Under the pieces are notes generated by a model. The model had not been told where the DNA came from. It did no database searches and was given only the letters and a program-made list of their open reading frames with translations. Position numbers and translations under genes: made by a program. DNA of 64,000 nt, from the NCBI GenBank assembly GCA_965218435.1, contig CBDCKW010000009.1:2464001-2528000 (forward strand). Reading direction: 5' to 3'. The DNA comes from Truepera sp. (GTDB lineage Bacteria > Deinococcota > Deinococci > Deinococcales > Trueperaceae). The number at the start of each line of letters is the position of its first letter. Position 1 is the stretch's first letter. Below, one piece after another: positions 36,335 through 46,846 of this stretch.

Positions 36335-38164
36335 CTAGTCGTCATCGGTCAGAACACGCGCTCTCGCAGCCGCGTCCGAATATGCAGGGTAGCACGCGCT
36401 CAGGAGGGTGTCAACACGCCCTGTTGCAGCTGCAGAAAATGAGCTGGGCAGGTTGGGCTTGGCAGCTAAACGCGCCAAAAAAGCCTCGGCGTTAGGCGCG
36501 GTATTGACCACCTCGGCGGCGGTTAAACCAGCCTTACGCGCCATCATCACACCGTAACGGAGGTCGCGGTAACCGTCCGGATGGTGGGCGTCGGGGTCTA
36601 TAGAGAAGCGGCAACCGAGCTCGCGGGCGCGGATCACTTCACGCCAGTCGAGGTCGAGACGGTAGGGATTTGCGTTGAGCTCAACAACGGTTCCGGTTTC
36701 GGCGCACGCCTGTAAAACTGCCTCGACGTCTAGCTCATAGCTCGGGCGACGGAGGAGTAAACGGCCGGTCATATGCGCTAAAATGTTCGCGTAAGGGTTT
36801 TGCACCGCGCGAATGACGCGCTCGGTTTGTTTGGCTTTGTCTAATGTAAAGTGTTGATGGACGCTCACGACCGCGTAGTCGAGGGTAGCGAGTACCTCGT
36901 CGGGGTAGTCGAGCGAGCCGTCAGGCATGATGTCAACCTCGAGCCCGTGCGACACCCGAAAGTCCGAGCCCTCGTCTTGCAGCTCCCGCTGAATCGCCCC
37001 AATCTCTTTGGCTTGGGCAAACACCCGCTCGACGCTGAGGCCGTTGGCGTAGTACGAGGTCTTCGAGTGGTCGGCCGTCGCCAGGTAGCTGTAACCCAGC
37101 GCACGCGCTTTTGCGACCATCTCACGAAGCGGCGCGGCCCCATCCGACCAGCTCGAGTGGTTATGCACGAGGCCGCGAATATCTGCGAGCGTAAGCAAAT
37201 TTTCAGCGGGCAACCCAAGCGGCACGTCACGGCGCTCGGGCGGCGTGTAGGGCAGCTCCAAAAGCCTAAAAACGTCGGTTTCGCTGGGGGTAGCGAGGCG
37301 CTCGTCTTTTCGGAAGAGCCCTGCTCGTATAAGCTCGAGCCCCTGCTCCTCAGCTCGAGCCTGAAGCGCCGCAGCGAAGGTTGCGTCGCCGGTTTCAAGC
37401 ACCAAAGTCGTCCCTAAAGCTGAAGCTTGAACGGGGATAAGCTCGAGCTTTCTCTCACCAAACACGACCCGAAAACCGGTTTCGGCCCTGTCAACTTCAC
37501 GGCAAAAGGTCGTCAGGCCCCGCCCCAGCGCGTCCGCCGTCACGCCCGTGACGAGCGCCTGAAGGGTTCCCACCGTTTCTAAAGAGCGCCGCAGTTCACC
37601 CGTCCAGGTCAAGGTCGCGTCCGGCAGGGCGGCGACGAAGGCGTCACCAAAAGTTGCCGCTATCACCTCGGCCTCGTCGAGCCGGAGCCGCGCCGCCGAA
37701 CGGAGCGCAAACTTCGCCGCTCCCAAGATCGTCTTGGCACTTTTAGCGCCGAACCCTCTCAGTTTAGCGACGCGCCCGTCTTCTATAGCGGCGACGAGTT
37801 CAGTGATGTTTTCAATTCCGCCGAGCCAGAGTAACCGTGCTTTTTTCGGACCCAAGCCCGAAATCTGCAAAAGCCCGCGCACACCCTCGGGAACCTGCGC
37901 GTAAAGCTCATCTAAAATGGCCAGCCGAGGCCGCGTCTGCAAGGCGTACAGCTCAGCAGCCAGCCCATTCCCGATACCGCGCAGCTCGTTTAGCCGCCGC
38001 TCATTAAACAGTTCGGCAAAACTGCCGGAAAAGGCGTCGAGTTGCCGCGCCGCGCCCGCGTAGAGGTTGACGCGGTAGCCGGGTGCGCCGAGCAACTCTA
38101 AAAGCCTCGAGGCTTCACCCAGCTGCCGAACCAACTCTTTTTGACCGACCAGCGGTGGCATCAT
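36335..38164 (-). CDS. polX: PolX-PHP protein, non-canonical (polymerase aspartates replaced)
   Basis: HhH motifs GIG/GLGPKK/GFGAKS, GELRR; intact PHP motifs HNH, DHS, EVDI, H, AH, DAH. Confidence 0.92.
   Translation of the reverse strand: MMPPLVGQKELVRQLGEASRLLELLGAPGYRVNLYAGAARQLDAFSGSFAELFNERRLNELRGIGNGLAAELYALQTRPRLAILDELYAQVPEGVRGLLQISGLGPKKARLLWLGGIENITELVAAIEDGRVAKLRGFGAKSAKTILGAAKFALRSAARLRLDEAEVIAATFGDAFVAALPDATLTWTGELRRSLETVGTLQALVTGVTADALGRGLTTFCREVDRAETGFRVVFGERKLELIPVQASALGTTLVLETGDATFAAALQARAEEQGLELIRAGLFRKDERLATPSETDVFRLLELPYTPPERRDVPLGLPAENLLTLADIRGLVHNHSSWSDGAAPLREMVAKARALGYSYLATADHSKTSYYANGLSVERVFAQAKEIGAIQRELQDEGSDFRVSHGLEVDIMPDGSLDYPDEVLATLDYAVVSVHQHFTLDKAKQTERVIRAVQNPYANILAHMTGRLLLRRPSYELDVEAVLQACAETGTVVELNANPYRLDLDWREVIRARELGCRFSIDPDAHHPDGYRDLRYGVMMARKAGLTAAEVVNTAPNAEAFLARLAAKPNLPSSFSAAATGRVDTLLSACYPAYSDAAARARVLTDDD
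36386..36414 (-). promoter_or_regulatory. Sigma-A promoter of the tRNA-tuf operon, inside the polX 3' end
   Basis: TTGACA (36414-36409), 17-bp spacer, TG-C-TACCCT (36391-36386). Confidence 0.75.
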
Positions 38165-38211
38165 CACCAAACTATAACGCGCTCATAGCGCCCCTACGGT
38201 ACACTGCGCTC

Positions 38212-38757
38212 ATGCGCGCCGCTCTCGTGCCCCTCGTCTTCGTTTTTGGTTTCCTCTTCGGCATTGTCCCTGCACAGGCGCAAGTTACTACAAAGATGAC
38301 TCAAACTCAGCCCCCGCAAACTGCTAAAGATATAGGCCCGACTGAAGACAACCGAGCACCGACGCTGTGGCTCGAGTCGGGTCTCGGGTATCGGCCCGGC
38401 ACGGAGGAAGCACTCGTGCCGCACCTGCGGATCGGCTTTCGCGGGATTCAGCCGCTAACCGACACCGCCGCCGTCTACGCGGCCTTTGCTGTAGACGGTG
38501 ACCTTACCCTCGATATGGGCGGTTGGTTCAGCTTTTTGCCCGGCGAGGGCGACGTGTTCGGTTTTCGCAGCTACGCCGGAACGGGCCTCAGCTTCGTCGC
38601 CGGGTCGTTTGGAATTGCGCTCAGCGCGGCGCTCAGCTACGAGCTTTCAGCGGACACCTCGCTGATCCTCGTCTATACGCACCGCCCGCTGTTTTTCCCC
38701 GAACGCGGCCAGTCGTTCGACGTCTCGCTCGGCGTTTCGTTCCAGGCACCTGAGTGA
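38212..38757 (+). CDS. Exported protein, probable small outer-membrane beta-barrel
   Basis: Signal peptide ending AQA; alternating amphipathic strands ending [14 protein letters not shown] 6 nt upstream of ATG. Confidence 0.6.
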   Translation: MRAALVPLVFVFGFLFGIVPAQAQVTTKMTQTQPPQTAKDIGPTEDNRAPTLWLESGLGYRPGTEEALVPHLRIGFRGIQPLTDTAAVYAAFAVDGDLTLDMGGWFSFLPGEGDVFGFRSYAGTGLSFVAGSFGIALSAALSYELSADTSLILVYTHRPLFFPERGQSFDVSLGVSFQAPE

Positions 38758-38788
38758 GTATGGGCGTGAGCAGGGTAGACTTCGGCGT

Positions 38789-39337
38789 ATGAGCATTAAA
38801 CCCGATTGGTGGATTCGGCAAGAAGCGCACAAAGGGATGATCGAGCCCTTTGAAGACCGCTTAGTCCGGCAGGGCGTCATCTCGTACGGGCTTTCGTCGT
38901 TTGGTTACGACCTCCGCGCCGCCCCTGAATGGCGCATTTTCGTCAACGTCTTTAACACCGTCGTAGACCCGAAAAACTTCGATTTGCGCGGACTTGTCGA
39001 GGCAGAAGGTGACACCTGTATCATCCCGCCTAACTCGTTTGTGTTGACGCGCTCGGTCGAGTATCTGCGGATTCCAGACGACGTGATGGTCGTGGCGCTC
39101 GGCAAATCATCTTACGCACGCTGCGGTATTGTGGCGAACGTGACGCCGCTCGAGCCCGGTTGGGAAGGGCACGTGACTTTGGAGCTGTCAAACACGACGC
39201 CGCTCCCCGCCAAGGTTTACGCGAACGAAGGTATCGTGCAACTGCTCTTTTTTCAGGGCGATAAACCCGAAGTCAGCTACGCGTCAAGGCAAGGAAAGTA
39301 TCAGGGGCAGCGCGGCGTCACCTTGCCCAAACTGTAA
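38789..39337 (+). CDS. dcd: dCTP deaminase
   Basis: [37 protein letters not shown]. Confidence 0.96.
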   Translation: MSIKPDWWIRQEAHKGMIEPFEDRLVRQGVISYGLSSFGYDLRAAPEWRIFVNVFNTVVDPKNFDLRGLVEAEGDTCIIPPNSFVLTRSVEYLRIPDDVMVVALGKSSYARCGIVANVTPLEPGWEGHVTLELSNTTPLPAKVYANEGIVQLLFFQGDKPEVSYASRQGKYQGQRGVTLPKL

Positions 39338-39770
39338 AGACCTAGCTCCTGTTGCCTCAATTCATTTAAGGTGGTTCTCAACTATGTGCCAAAAAAGAGC
39401 AAGCACCGAGAAAGTTTCGGAATATCAGCACTTACCTCGTTTCCAATAAGCTTAATAAGGACAATACCATACTTGATGCGCCTAACCCCGTAACAATTTG
39501 CTTCAAAGGGGCTGGCATTATCACGGGTAGAAGCAAAGACGCTGTAGGTCAACTGAGCTGCTTACACGTTGTAACGGGCCGGAATGCTGCGATAGCCATA
39601 TAGCCTCTTTCGCGAAATCTTTCTACCTTGCTTTACTAGCGCGCGAGTTTGACCACAAAAAGCGGATAGTAAAGTCTAGCCACGAACCGATAAGGTAAGC
39701 GTCGTTGCGGTGAGCAGGTCTAACTAGGTAGACGCTCGACTTACACGCGATAAACGACAGGAGCAGCGAT

Positions 39771-40511
39771 ATGGAACAAGTTGAAGCTAAAGTGGCGCTC
39801 GTCATGGGCGGCTCGCGCGGCATCGGCGCAGCCATTGTCAAACGCCTCGCCAGGGACGGGATCAGGGTTGCGCTCACCTATCTTAATAGCCCAGCCGACG
39901 CCGAAATGGTGGCAGGTGAGATCAACACCTCAGTACAGGAAGCCAAAGCGTACCAAACCGATAGTGCCGACCCACAAGCCGTACAGAAGGTAATCGAACA
40001 GGTCATCGCGGATTTCGGGCGGCTCGACATCCTGGTGAACAACGCTGGGATAGGGATTCTCAAACCACTCGACCAACTCACCCTTGACGATTTTGACAAG
40101 CTTGTGAATACAAACGTCCGCGCGGTGTTCGTCGGCGTTCAGGCAGCCGCACGGCATATGTCCGAGGGCGGACGGATCGTCACCATCGGGAGCTGCAACG
40201 CCGAGCGCGTCCCGGAGCCCAACATGAGCCTCTACGCCATGAGCAAGTCGGCGCTCGTCGGCTTGACGAAAGGGCTGGCGCGCGACCTCGGGCCGCGCGG
40301 CGTCACGGTCAACTTAGTCCAGCCCGGCCCCACAGACACCGACATGAATCCGGCAATCGGCCCGTTTGCCGAGCCGCAGCGCAGTCTACTCGCTACGGGA
40401 CGTTTTGGGGACCCGGACGAGGTAGCTGGGCTCGTGTCGTATCTCACCCGTTTTGAAAGCTCATCCATAACCGGGGCGACGCTCAACACTGACGGTGGCT
40501 ACACGGCTTAG
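39771..40511 (+). CDS. SDR family oxidoreductase
   Basis: GGSRGIG, NNAG, YAMSK, PGPTDT; AGGAG SD. Confidence 0.93.
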   Translation: MEQVEAKVALVMGGSRGIGAAIVKRLARDGIRVALTYLNSPADAEMVAGEINTSVQEAKAYQTDSADPQAVQKVIEQVIADFGRLDILVNNAGIGILKPLDQLTLDDFDKLVNTNVRAVFVGVQAAARHMSEGGRIVTIGSCNAERVPEPNMSLYAMSKSALVGLTKGLARDLGPRGVTVNLVQPGPTDTDMNPAIGPFAEPQRSLLATGRFGDPDEVAGLVSYLTRFESSSITGATLNTDGGYTA

Positions 40512-40563
40512 GCAAAAAAACGCACGCTACGCTGGCCGGGTTGATTGCAAAACCAACATTGTG

Positions 40564-40594
40564 GGGGCTAGCCCAGAGGGTCTAGCTCCTTTTT
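40564..40594 (+). terminator. Rho-independent terminator after SDR gene
   Basis: ggggctag...ctagctcc followed by T-run. Confidence 0.6.
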
Positions 40595-40789
40595 CTATGC
40601 CAGACTGCAATAGCAGTATTAGCACTAGGGTGGACGGTCATGCCGTTGTACAGCGGTATTAGCGCCGTAGCGGTGAGACTTTGAGCGAAGAGATACTCAC
40701 TAAAAGTTCTTAGCGCATTAAGTATGTTGCCCTTAAAGTTATCTATTAAACTGTAGCTGTAAGCGCACTACAGTTGTAAGTACTGTCTG

Positions 40790-41254
40790 CTAGTCTTCCT
40801 CTTCAACAGCAGGCAGAGTAACGCGAAACGTCGTCCCGCGCTCCTTAAAGCTTTCAACCAAGAGCGTCCCGCCGTGTGCGTCAGCAATCTGCTTGGCAAT
40901 CGCTAAACCGAGGCCCGCGCCGCCCACGCCTTTATGAAACTTTTCAAAGATGTGCGGGAGCAGCTCTTCAGGGATGCCGGGACCACGGTCGCGTACGAGC
41001 AGCACCACGTGCTCGTCGGTAGTAAAGAGGCCCAAGGTAACCTTGCGCGGGTTGTCGGTCGCACGCACCGCGTTGGCGGTGAGGTTACGGACGAGCTGTT
41101 TGAGGCTGTCGGGATCGCCGAGGAGCAGGTGACCGGCCTGGGCCTCGAGCCTGACTCCCGGAAACTCTTCGGCGACGGGTTTGAGGATGTCGGTCGCGGG
41201 GTCTAACAGGTGCGGCGTGTAGTCGCGGACGAGCTGCCCCCGGGTCAGTTGCAA
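40790..41254 (-). pseudogene. Histidine kinase remnant (HATPase_c only; H-box and sensor missing)
   Basis: NL..NA, D.GPGI, F.KF, GAGLGLAIA, GTTF boxes without HisKA. Confidence 0.75.
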
Positions 41255-41385
41255 CGCTTTGAATGACGGAGCGTTGGAGCAGCAGGTACCAGATAAAGAC
41301 CGGTAAAGCGGTAAAAGCCGCGCCCGCCATAAGTTATCCGTACTGAACCTAGTCGAAGGTATTGACGAGGTTCGTCATAAACTGT
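41248..41385 (-). pseudogene. Carbohydrate ABC permease C-terminal remnant with in-frame stops
   Basis: VNTFD*VQYG*LMAGAAFTALPVFIWYLLLQRSVIQSVA resembles the MalG-type tail. Confidence 0.65.
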
Positions 41386-41590
41386 CGGTTAGGCCCACTA
41401 AAGCCGTTCCAAAAGAGAATTTTCTGTCCCTGCCGCTGCAGTGCAAGTCGTCTGGAATTGGGCCAGACTGCCGCTGCTGCCAAGCAAAAGCGCGGCTACG
41501 CCTGCTGCTTTAATGGCTGTTTTTTATGGCTGTCTTCTCCTTGACCAGCTGGTTTTGCTGCTACGAGTAAGCGTTAGCTGCTAACTGACT

Positions 41591-43399
41591 TCAGCGCCAC
41601 GTCCTTTCCCCAGGCTTGAGTTTTGACACTCGGACTTCAGCAAAGGTCGCTGTAAAGTCCGACCCGCCCATCGCCACGAGGCCGAGACGAGCTTCGCCCA
41701 ACGTGTGCGTCCAGGTACCGCCGCGAACCCAGGACTTTCCGTCTTGCCGGGTATAAGCCGTGTAGTACTCCTGGTCTCCTTCGCTGCGCCGCACAATTCT
41801 CAGGTCGGTCCAGTCACCGACAGGGCCGACCACCGTATTGCCGTAACGCGGGAACCCTGCCTTAACGGGAAACAGCTCTTTGGCAAACTCGGTCTGCCGC
41901 GTCTCGAAGATGGAGGTGGTAGCGAGCTTGATAAAGTTGTCGTCGTCGCCATAAACGACCAGCCCCGCTTGGACGAAGTTAAAGCAGCACCCTTCAGCCG
42001 GAACATCGAGCTTGACGCGGGTCTCCAGCACCAAATCACCGGAGGGCAGTGCGTGGGTCAGCACCGAAGCGGTGTTGCTGTCTTCAAAGAGGTCGGCAGC
42101 TTGCGTCGCAATGCTCAAGGTGCCGTTCGCCACCTTGTAGGTGTCCGCTGCAGGTTTACGAACCCAGCTCCAGCTGGAGTCCAGCGCACTGCCACGAAAC
42201 GAATCACGAAAGAGTTCCTTGCCTACACGGTTGTCCCTCAAGGGGCGCGCTTTAACGTGCGACTTTTGTCCCGGTTGCGCCGCCGGTGCTTCTTGCCGCT
42301 CGTCCGACGCCCAGCGGCCTGCCCGGACGCTCGGCCAACCGTCGACCCACTCGAGCGGGTCCAGCAAAACAGGGCGTTTAGTAAAGCCTACCGCGCCCTC
42401 GAAGTACGGATCATTACGGTCAACTGCGTGGTAGACGAGCCACTCCTGACCCGAAAAGTCGGTGATCGTATCGTTGTGGCCGGTGCCGACCCAGCGGTTG
42501 CCGTTCATGCTGACAACCGGCGTTCCGCCGACGCGCCCGGCGAGTAGCGACGCGCCGTCTTTATCTACAAACGGACCTAGTGGGCTCCGCGAACGTCCGG
42601 CAAAGACGCTGTAGCCGGTCAGCGGTCCACGGCAACAGTCCGTCGCCGAGGCTAACAGATAGTAGTAGCCGCTGTGCTCTACGATCTGGGTCCCTTCGTA
42701 GCGGTTGGCGATAGTGATCCGGGTTTCGGTGTCGGGCAGCGTCCTTAGCCCGTCTTTAGAAAGCTCACGAACGAATACGCCGCCGTAGTACGACCCGAAG
42801 TAAAGGTAGCGTTTACCCTGCGCCTCGAGCACTTCGGGGTCAAAGGTCCAAAAAAAGCCGTCGCCGTTCGGGTCTTTCCTCGGCGCAACAACCGGCCCGC
42901 CCGCGTCCGTCCACGGTCCGGTGGGGCTGTCGCTCGTCGCCACCCCGATGGCGCTACCACCCACGTCCGTTTCCGGAGCCGTGTAGTAGAGGTAGTATTG
43001 ACCGTTGAAGTACCTAACTTCAGGTGCCCAGAGACCGGCGGCGTCGCCAACCCAACCCGGCCGCTCGCTAAAGGCGTTGCCTTGATAGTCCCAGTTCACC
43101 AGGTCGAGCGAACGGTAGGTAGGGATGAGGTTGAAGTTAAATTCGCCGTTCTCCGCCCGGTCGTTGCCGTTTAGCGGGTCGGTGGTGCAGTAGAGATACC
43201 AGTAGCGGTCGCCTTTAGTTTGTCCGTGAATCACCACAGGGTCGGCGCACGACTCGGCTGTCTCACCTTTAGCGACGTTAAGCGTAAGCGGATTTTGAAA
43301 CTTTCCCGGATTAGCCGTAGGCCCCTGCAGCTCGAGACTCTCCAACTGCTGACAAGCGGCCAAGAACAGCACTAAACAGCAACCTAGCATTCGTTTCAT
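41591..43399 (-). CDS. GH43 glycoside hydrolase lipoprotein with C-terminal beta-sandwich
   Basis: LAAC lipobox, ADP, WAPE, FDP, YEG, GTGHN; GAGGAGG SD. Confidence 0.9.
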   Translation of the reverse strand: MKRMLGCCLVLFLAACQQLESLELQGPTANPGKFQNPLTLNVAKGETAESCADPVVIHGQTKGDRYWYLYCTTDPLNGNDRAENGEFNFNLIPTYRSLDLVNWDYQGNAFSERPGWVGDAAGLWAPEVRYFNGQYYLYYTAPETDVGGSAIGVATSDSPTGPWTDAGGPVVAPRKDPNGDGFFWTFDPEVLEAQGKRYLYFGSYYGGVFVRELSKDGLRTLPDTETRITIANRYEGTQIVEHSGYYYLLASATDCCRGPLTGYSVFAGRSRSPLGPFVDKDGASLLAGRVGGTPVVSMNGNRWVGTGHNDTITDFSGQEWLVYHAVDRNDPYFEGAVGFTKRPVLLDPLEWVDGWPSVRAGRWASDERQEAPAAQPGQKSHVKARPLRDNRVGKELFRDSFRGSALDSSWSWVRKPAADTYKVANGTLSIATQAADLFEDSNTASVLTHALPSGDLVLETRVKLDVPAEGCCFNFVQAGLVVYGDDDNFIKLATTSIFETRQTEFAKELFPVKAGFPRYGNTVVGPVGDWTDLRIVRRSEGDQEYYTAYTRQDGKSWVRGGTWTHTLGEARLGLVAMGGSDFTATFAEVRVSKLKPGERTWR

Positions 43400-43753
43400 C
43401 TTTCCTCCTCAATTGCCGACGACGCTTTGGATCAACCGAGATTGGCATTTACAGCTGGTCTGGCAGTTGGTCCGGGCGGATGTACGCAGCTCCGTTATTT
43501 TGCCCCCTTTACTAGCGGCTGCTCTTTGCTGACAACCTGCTACTGACAACCTGCTTTTGCAACATCTTATATTTAGCTGTATTTCGCAAAAGCAGTCTAC
43601 GCCAAACAACCACCTCTGTCAAACCAAAAACAGTAGATATTTGTCGTGTCGCAGACGTTTTTCTGTAGCCTTTTACGACATCTTTTTTGATACTACTTAG
43701 CGTAAGTGATTCTATAAAATGTGAGTCATCTGTGGACTGTTCTCTTAGATACT

Positions 43754-43933
43754 GTGAAAGTGAACCTTGCCGACGACAGCTTCCCGACTTCACTCCCTGC
43801 CCGGCTCCGCATCTTGGCGCTACGCAGCGACCAGCTCTTAAAAGCCAGCGAGATCGCTAAAAAGCTCTCTATCCCGCTGACGACAACGGTGCAGCTCGAG
43901 GTTGTAGAAGATATCAACCTGATCGTCAGTTAG
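43754..43933 (+). pseudogene. Probable decayed ArsR/SmtB-family HTH regulator
   Basis: PARLRILAL.......SEIAKKLSIPLTT...LEVVEDINLIVS* resembles the ArsR wHTH, truncated by TAG. Confidence 0.5.
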
Positions 43934-43963
43934 GTAAGGTGGGGCCATGAGCGGCCTTAGCGG

Positions 43964-45493
43964 ATGAGCCGTAAAAAACCTGCAGTCTCAGCACAACCAC
44001 GCATGGGTTCGGGCGACCTCGCCGCCGGCTTTACCGTTGCGTTAGTGCTTATTCCCCAGTCCTTGGCCTACGCCGAACTCGCGGGACTGCCGGCCCATGT
44101 CGGGCTCTACGTCGCCGCCTTGCCGCCCATCGCCGCTGCCTGGTTTGCCTCGAGCCCCTTTTTGCAAACCGGCCCTACCGCCCTGAGCGCGATTTTGTCG
44201 TTTGGGATTCTGTCGGCGCATTTTACAGTGGGCTCGAGCAGCTACCTCGGAGCCGCTGCGCTCCTGGCGCTCTTGGTCGGGATTTTCCGGATACTGCTGG
44301 GTGTGTTGCGGCTGGGCTCACTCGCTTACTTTATGAGTCAACCGGTCTTGCAAGGCTTTACCAGCGCGGCGGGCGTTTTAATTCTTAGCTCACAACTCCC
44401 GAACGTCCTCAGCGTTACCCTGCCGTCCGGGGCGGCTCAGGGCGTTTTTGCTCAGCTTGGGTGGACGCTCAGCCATTTGGGAGCGGTCAGCGGAACTGCA
44501 GTTCTTTTGAGCGTGGTCACGCTCGGGATTGTTTTTTTCGGTCGGCGTTGGTCACCCCTGTTTCCCGGCGTGCTGCTCGCCGTCCTCGGCGGCCTCGGCT
44601 TCGTCCGCGTATTCGGGTACGGCGGCCCGACGCTCGGCGCTGTGCCTTCGGGGTTGCCGCTGCCGAGTTTGCACTTCCCTTGGGCGACGCTGCCGAGTTT
44701 GCTCATCGGGGCGCTGGTGATCGCCGCAGTGGGGTTTGCCGAGCCCGCCGCGATTGCCCGCACCTTTGCCCGAGAGGGACAGCTGCGCTGGAACCCAGAC
44801 CGTGAGTTTGTCAGTCAGGGCGTCGCCAACCTCGCGGTGGGGCAGTTTCAGGGATTTCCGGTCGGGGGCAGTTTCTCGAGGAGCAGCTTAAACAAACTAG
44901 CCGGGGCCAAAAGTCGCTGGAGCAGCCTGGTCACGGGCCTGGTCACTCTGGCCTTTCTCCCTTTTGTCACCGTGCTGTCAAATCTGCCCAAAGCTGTGCT
45001 GGGCGCGGTTATCGTCACCGCCGTGGTTAACCTCATAAGGGTTGACGAGCTGACAAAGCTCTGGCGGGTCGCGCACTTTCAGGCGCTCACCTCTTAGGCC
45101 ACCTTTGCGCTGACGCTTTTGCTCGCCCCCCGAATTGACTACGCAGTGCTGCTCGGCGTCGGTTCGGCGGTCGCGCTGCATCTGTACCGCGAAACGCAGC
45201 TCGGCGTTCACCGTTACCGCAGCGACGACGCGCTCGTGTTGGAGCTTTCCGGCGTGCTTTATTTCGGCTCGGTGTATCAGCTCGAGGCTCAAACAGGCGA
45301 CTTGACCAGCGCCCTGAGTACGGTTTCGGACATCGCCGAAGTCGTCATTGACGCGGCGCAACTCGGGCGCGTGGACCTGAGTGGGGCGGTAGCATTAGAC
45401 GAACTGCGTAAACGGCTCGAGGCTGAAGGAGTCAGCGTGCGTATCATCCATTTGCGGCCTCACGTTCGTCATATGTTGGAACAGTTGCGGTAG
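43964..45493 (+). pseudogene. SulP/SLC26 anion transporter with STAS domain, interrupted by one in-frame TAG (45095-45097)
   Basis: DL.AG.TVA.VLIPQSLAYA.LAG, GSFSRS; same frame continues *ATFALTLL...LYFGS...D.SG. Confidence 0.88.
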
Positions 45494-45574
45494 CGCGTGC
45501 GGCGCTAAAACTGCAGCTTCTAAACCGGGACAGCTTGTAGCGTCGTAGCGTTACAAACGGCGTTGATAGCGTAG

Positions 45575-45770
45575 GTTGTTAGCCACCTGCTTCTTCATTC
45601 TTACTCCTCACTCCTTGCACGACGAGCCGCCGGTGGCGCAGAGCCGCCCTCACTTCAGGAACGTCTTTTCAGGGACGCCTTTAGCACACCGTGGCAAGAC
45701 GCAAACTTTTACAAGCTCTTACTCTTCGGCGTCTACCGGTACTCGGTTTTTATCGCCGCACCCAAGCATA
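45575..45770 (+). pseudogene. Possible internal fragment of an MFS transporter
   Basis: HDEPPVAQSRPHF then in another frame TPWQDANFYKLLLFGVYRYSVFIAAP, like the central loop/TM7 of MFS proteins. Confidence 0.4.
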
Positions 45771-46049
45771 CCGGTCGGCGCGGGAGCGGGTTTTTTACAG
45801 GGCAGCCGCAAAGTCCAAAATGCCCACTGCATCTAAAGCGTTACTAAAACAAACTCGAGGTGTAAAGACCGGCTCATCAGCGTTTTGAACGCAACTCGAG
45901 CTACCGCACTTTCCGCCCGAAGGTCTTTCGGCCCTTTTGCTTATTCCGACCCTTTTGCTTATCAGAGTGCAGGGTACCGACTTTGCGGTAGCCCTGGGTT
46001 TTTTTACGTGGCGCGTCACGTGCCCCATCACTTAGGCGTAGCATGAGGG

Positions 46050-46712
46050 ATGGCCGGAGAGCTGCGTTCACGTCTCGTTTCAGCGCGTGTACGTCTGCTC
46101 GTCTTGTTGGGGGTAACCTTCGCGGCCTTTTTGGTGCAACCGCGCACGCTGCCGCTCGCGCTGCGCAGCTTGGTTGCTTGGAACGGCGGCGTCGCCTGCT
46201 TTTTAGGCTTGGCGCTCTGGCTGATTATGACTACCGACGCCAACGCGACCCGGCGGCACTGCTCACAGCAAGACGACAATTGGGCCGTCTTTGACGTGCT
46301 GCTCCTCTGTGCGAGCGTCGCTAGTTTGGCGGGCGTCGTCGCCGCGCTTATCGCCGCAAGCGAAGCTCAAGGTTTTTTGGCCTTTGCGCTCACGGGAACG
46401 GCAATTTTAGCAGTTGTGCTTTCATGGAGCCTGACGCACACACTTTTTACCTTTCACTACGCGCGCCTTTTTTATTATGAGGATCACGGCGGAATGGACT
46501 TTCACAGCAGTGAAAAACCCGATTACCGAGATTTTCTCTACGTTGCAGTGACGATTGGGGTGACGTTCGGCGTCTCGGACACCGACCTTACAGCGCACAA
46601 AATGAGGCGCGCGGTAACGGGGCATTCGCTGCTATCATTTTTATTCGGCACCGTGATTATCGCGCTGTCACTAAACGTGATCACCAGCTTGCTGTCGCCG
46701 GGCTCGAGCTAA
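46050..46712 (+). CDS. DUF1345 family membrane protein
   Basis: LSW...HTLF..HYA..FY, G.DF....PDY.DF.Y....IG.TF.VSD. Confidence 0.88.
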   Translation: MAGELRSRLVSARVRLLVLLGVTFAAFLVQPRTLPLALRSLVAWNGGVACFLGLALWLIMTTDANATRRHCSQQDDNWAVFDVLLLCASVASLAGVVAALIAASEAQGFLAFALTGTAILAVVLSWSLTHTLFTFHYARLFYYEDHGGMDFHSSEKPDYRDFLYVAVTIGVTFGVSDTDLTAHKMRRAVTGHSLLSFLFGTVIIALSLNVITSLLSPGSS

Positions 46713-46753
46713 CTAACCCCTTAAAGAGGCCAGCGGCTACCGTTGCACGATGC

Positions 46754-46798
46754 GCAACTGTAGGGCGAGCAACTGTAGGGCGAGCAACTGCAGGATGA
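46754..46798 (+). repeat. Tandem repeat, 3 x 15 bp (GCAACTGTAGGGCGA)
   Basis: Two perfect units plus gcaactgcaggatga. Confidence 0.9.
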
Positions 46799-46846
46799 GT
46801 AACAGCGCCGTAAGTGGAGGCGGTAGGATAAGTTTAGGAGGCAGCT

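Noticed and set aside
39340..39760. Possible ncRNA or gene remnant between dcd and the SDR gene
   Set aside because: No recognisable motif, stable structure or protein similarity by eye.
41705..42547. 280-aa antisense ORF over GH43, and many similar shadow ORFs over rpoBC, tuf, polX and hem genes
   Set aside because: Expected on the reverse strand of GC-rich coding sequence; no motifs or start signals.
46754..46798. Possible mini-CRISPR array
   Set aside because: Units are 15 bp, directly adjacent with no spacers, and no cas genes are present.
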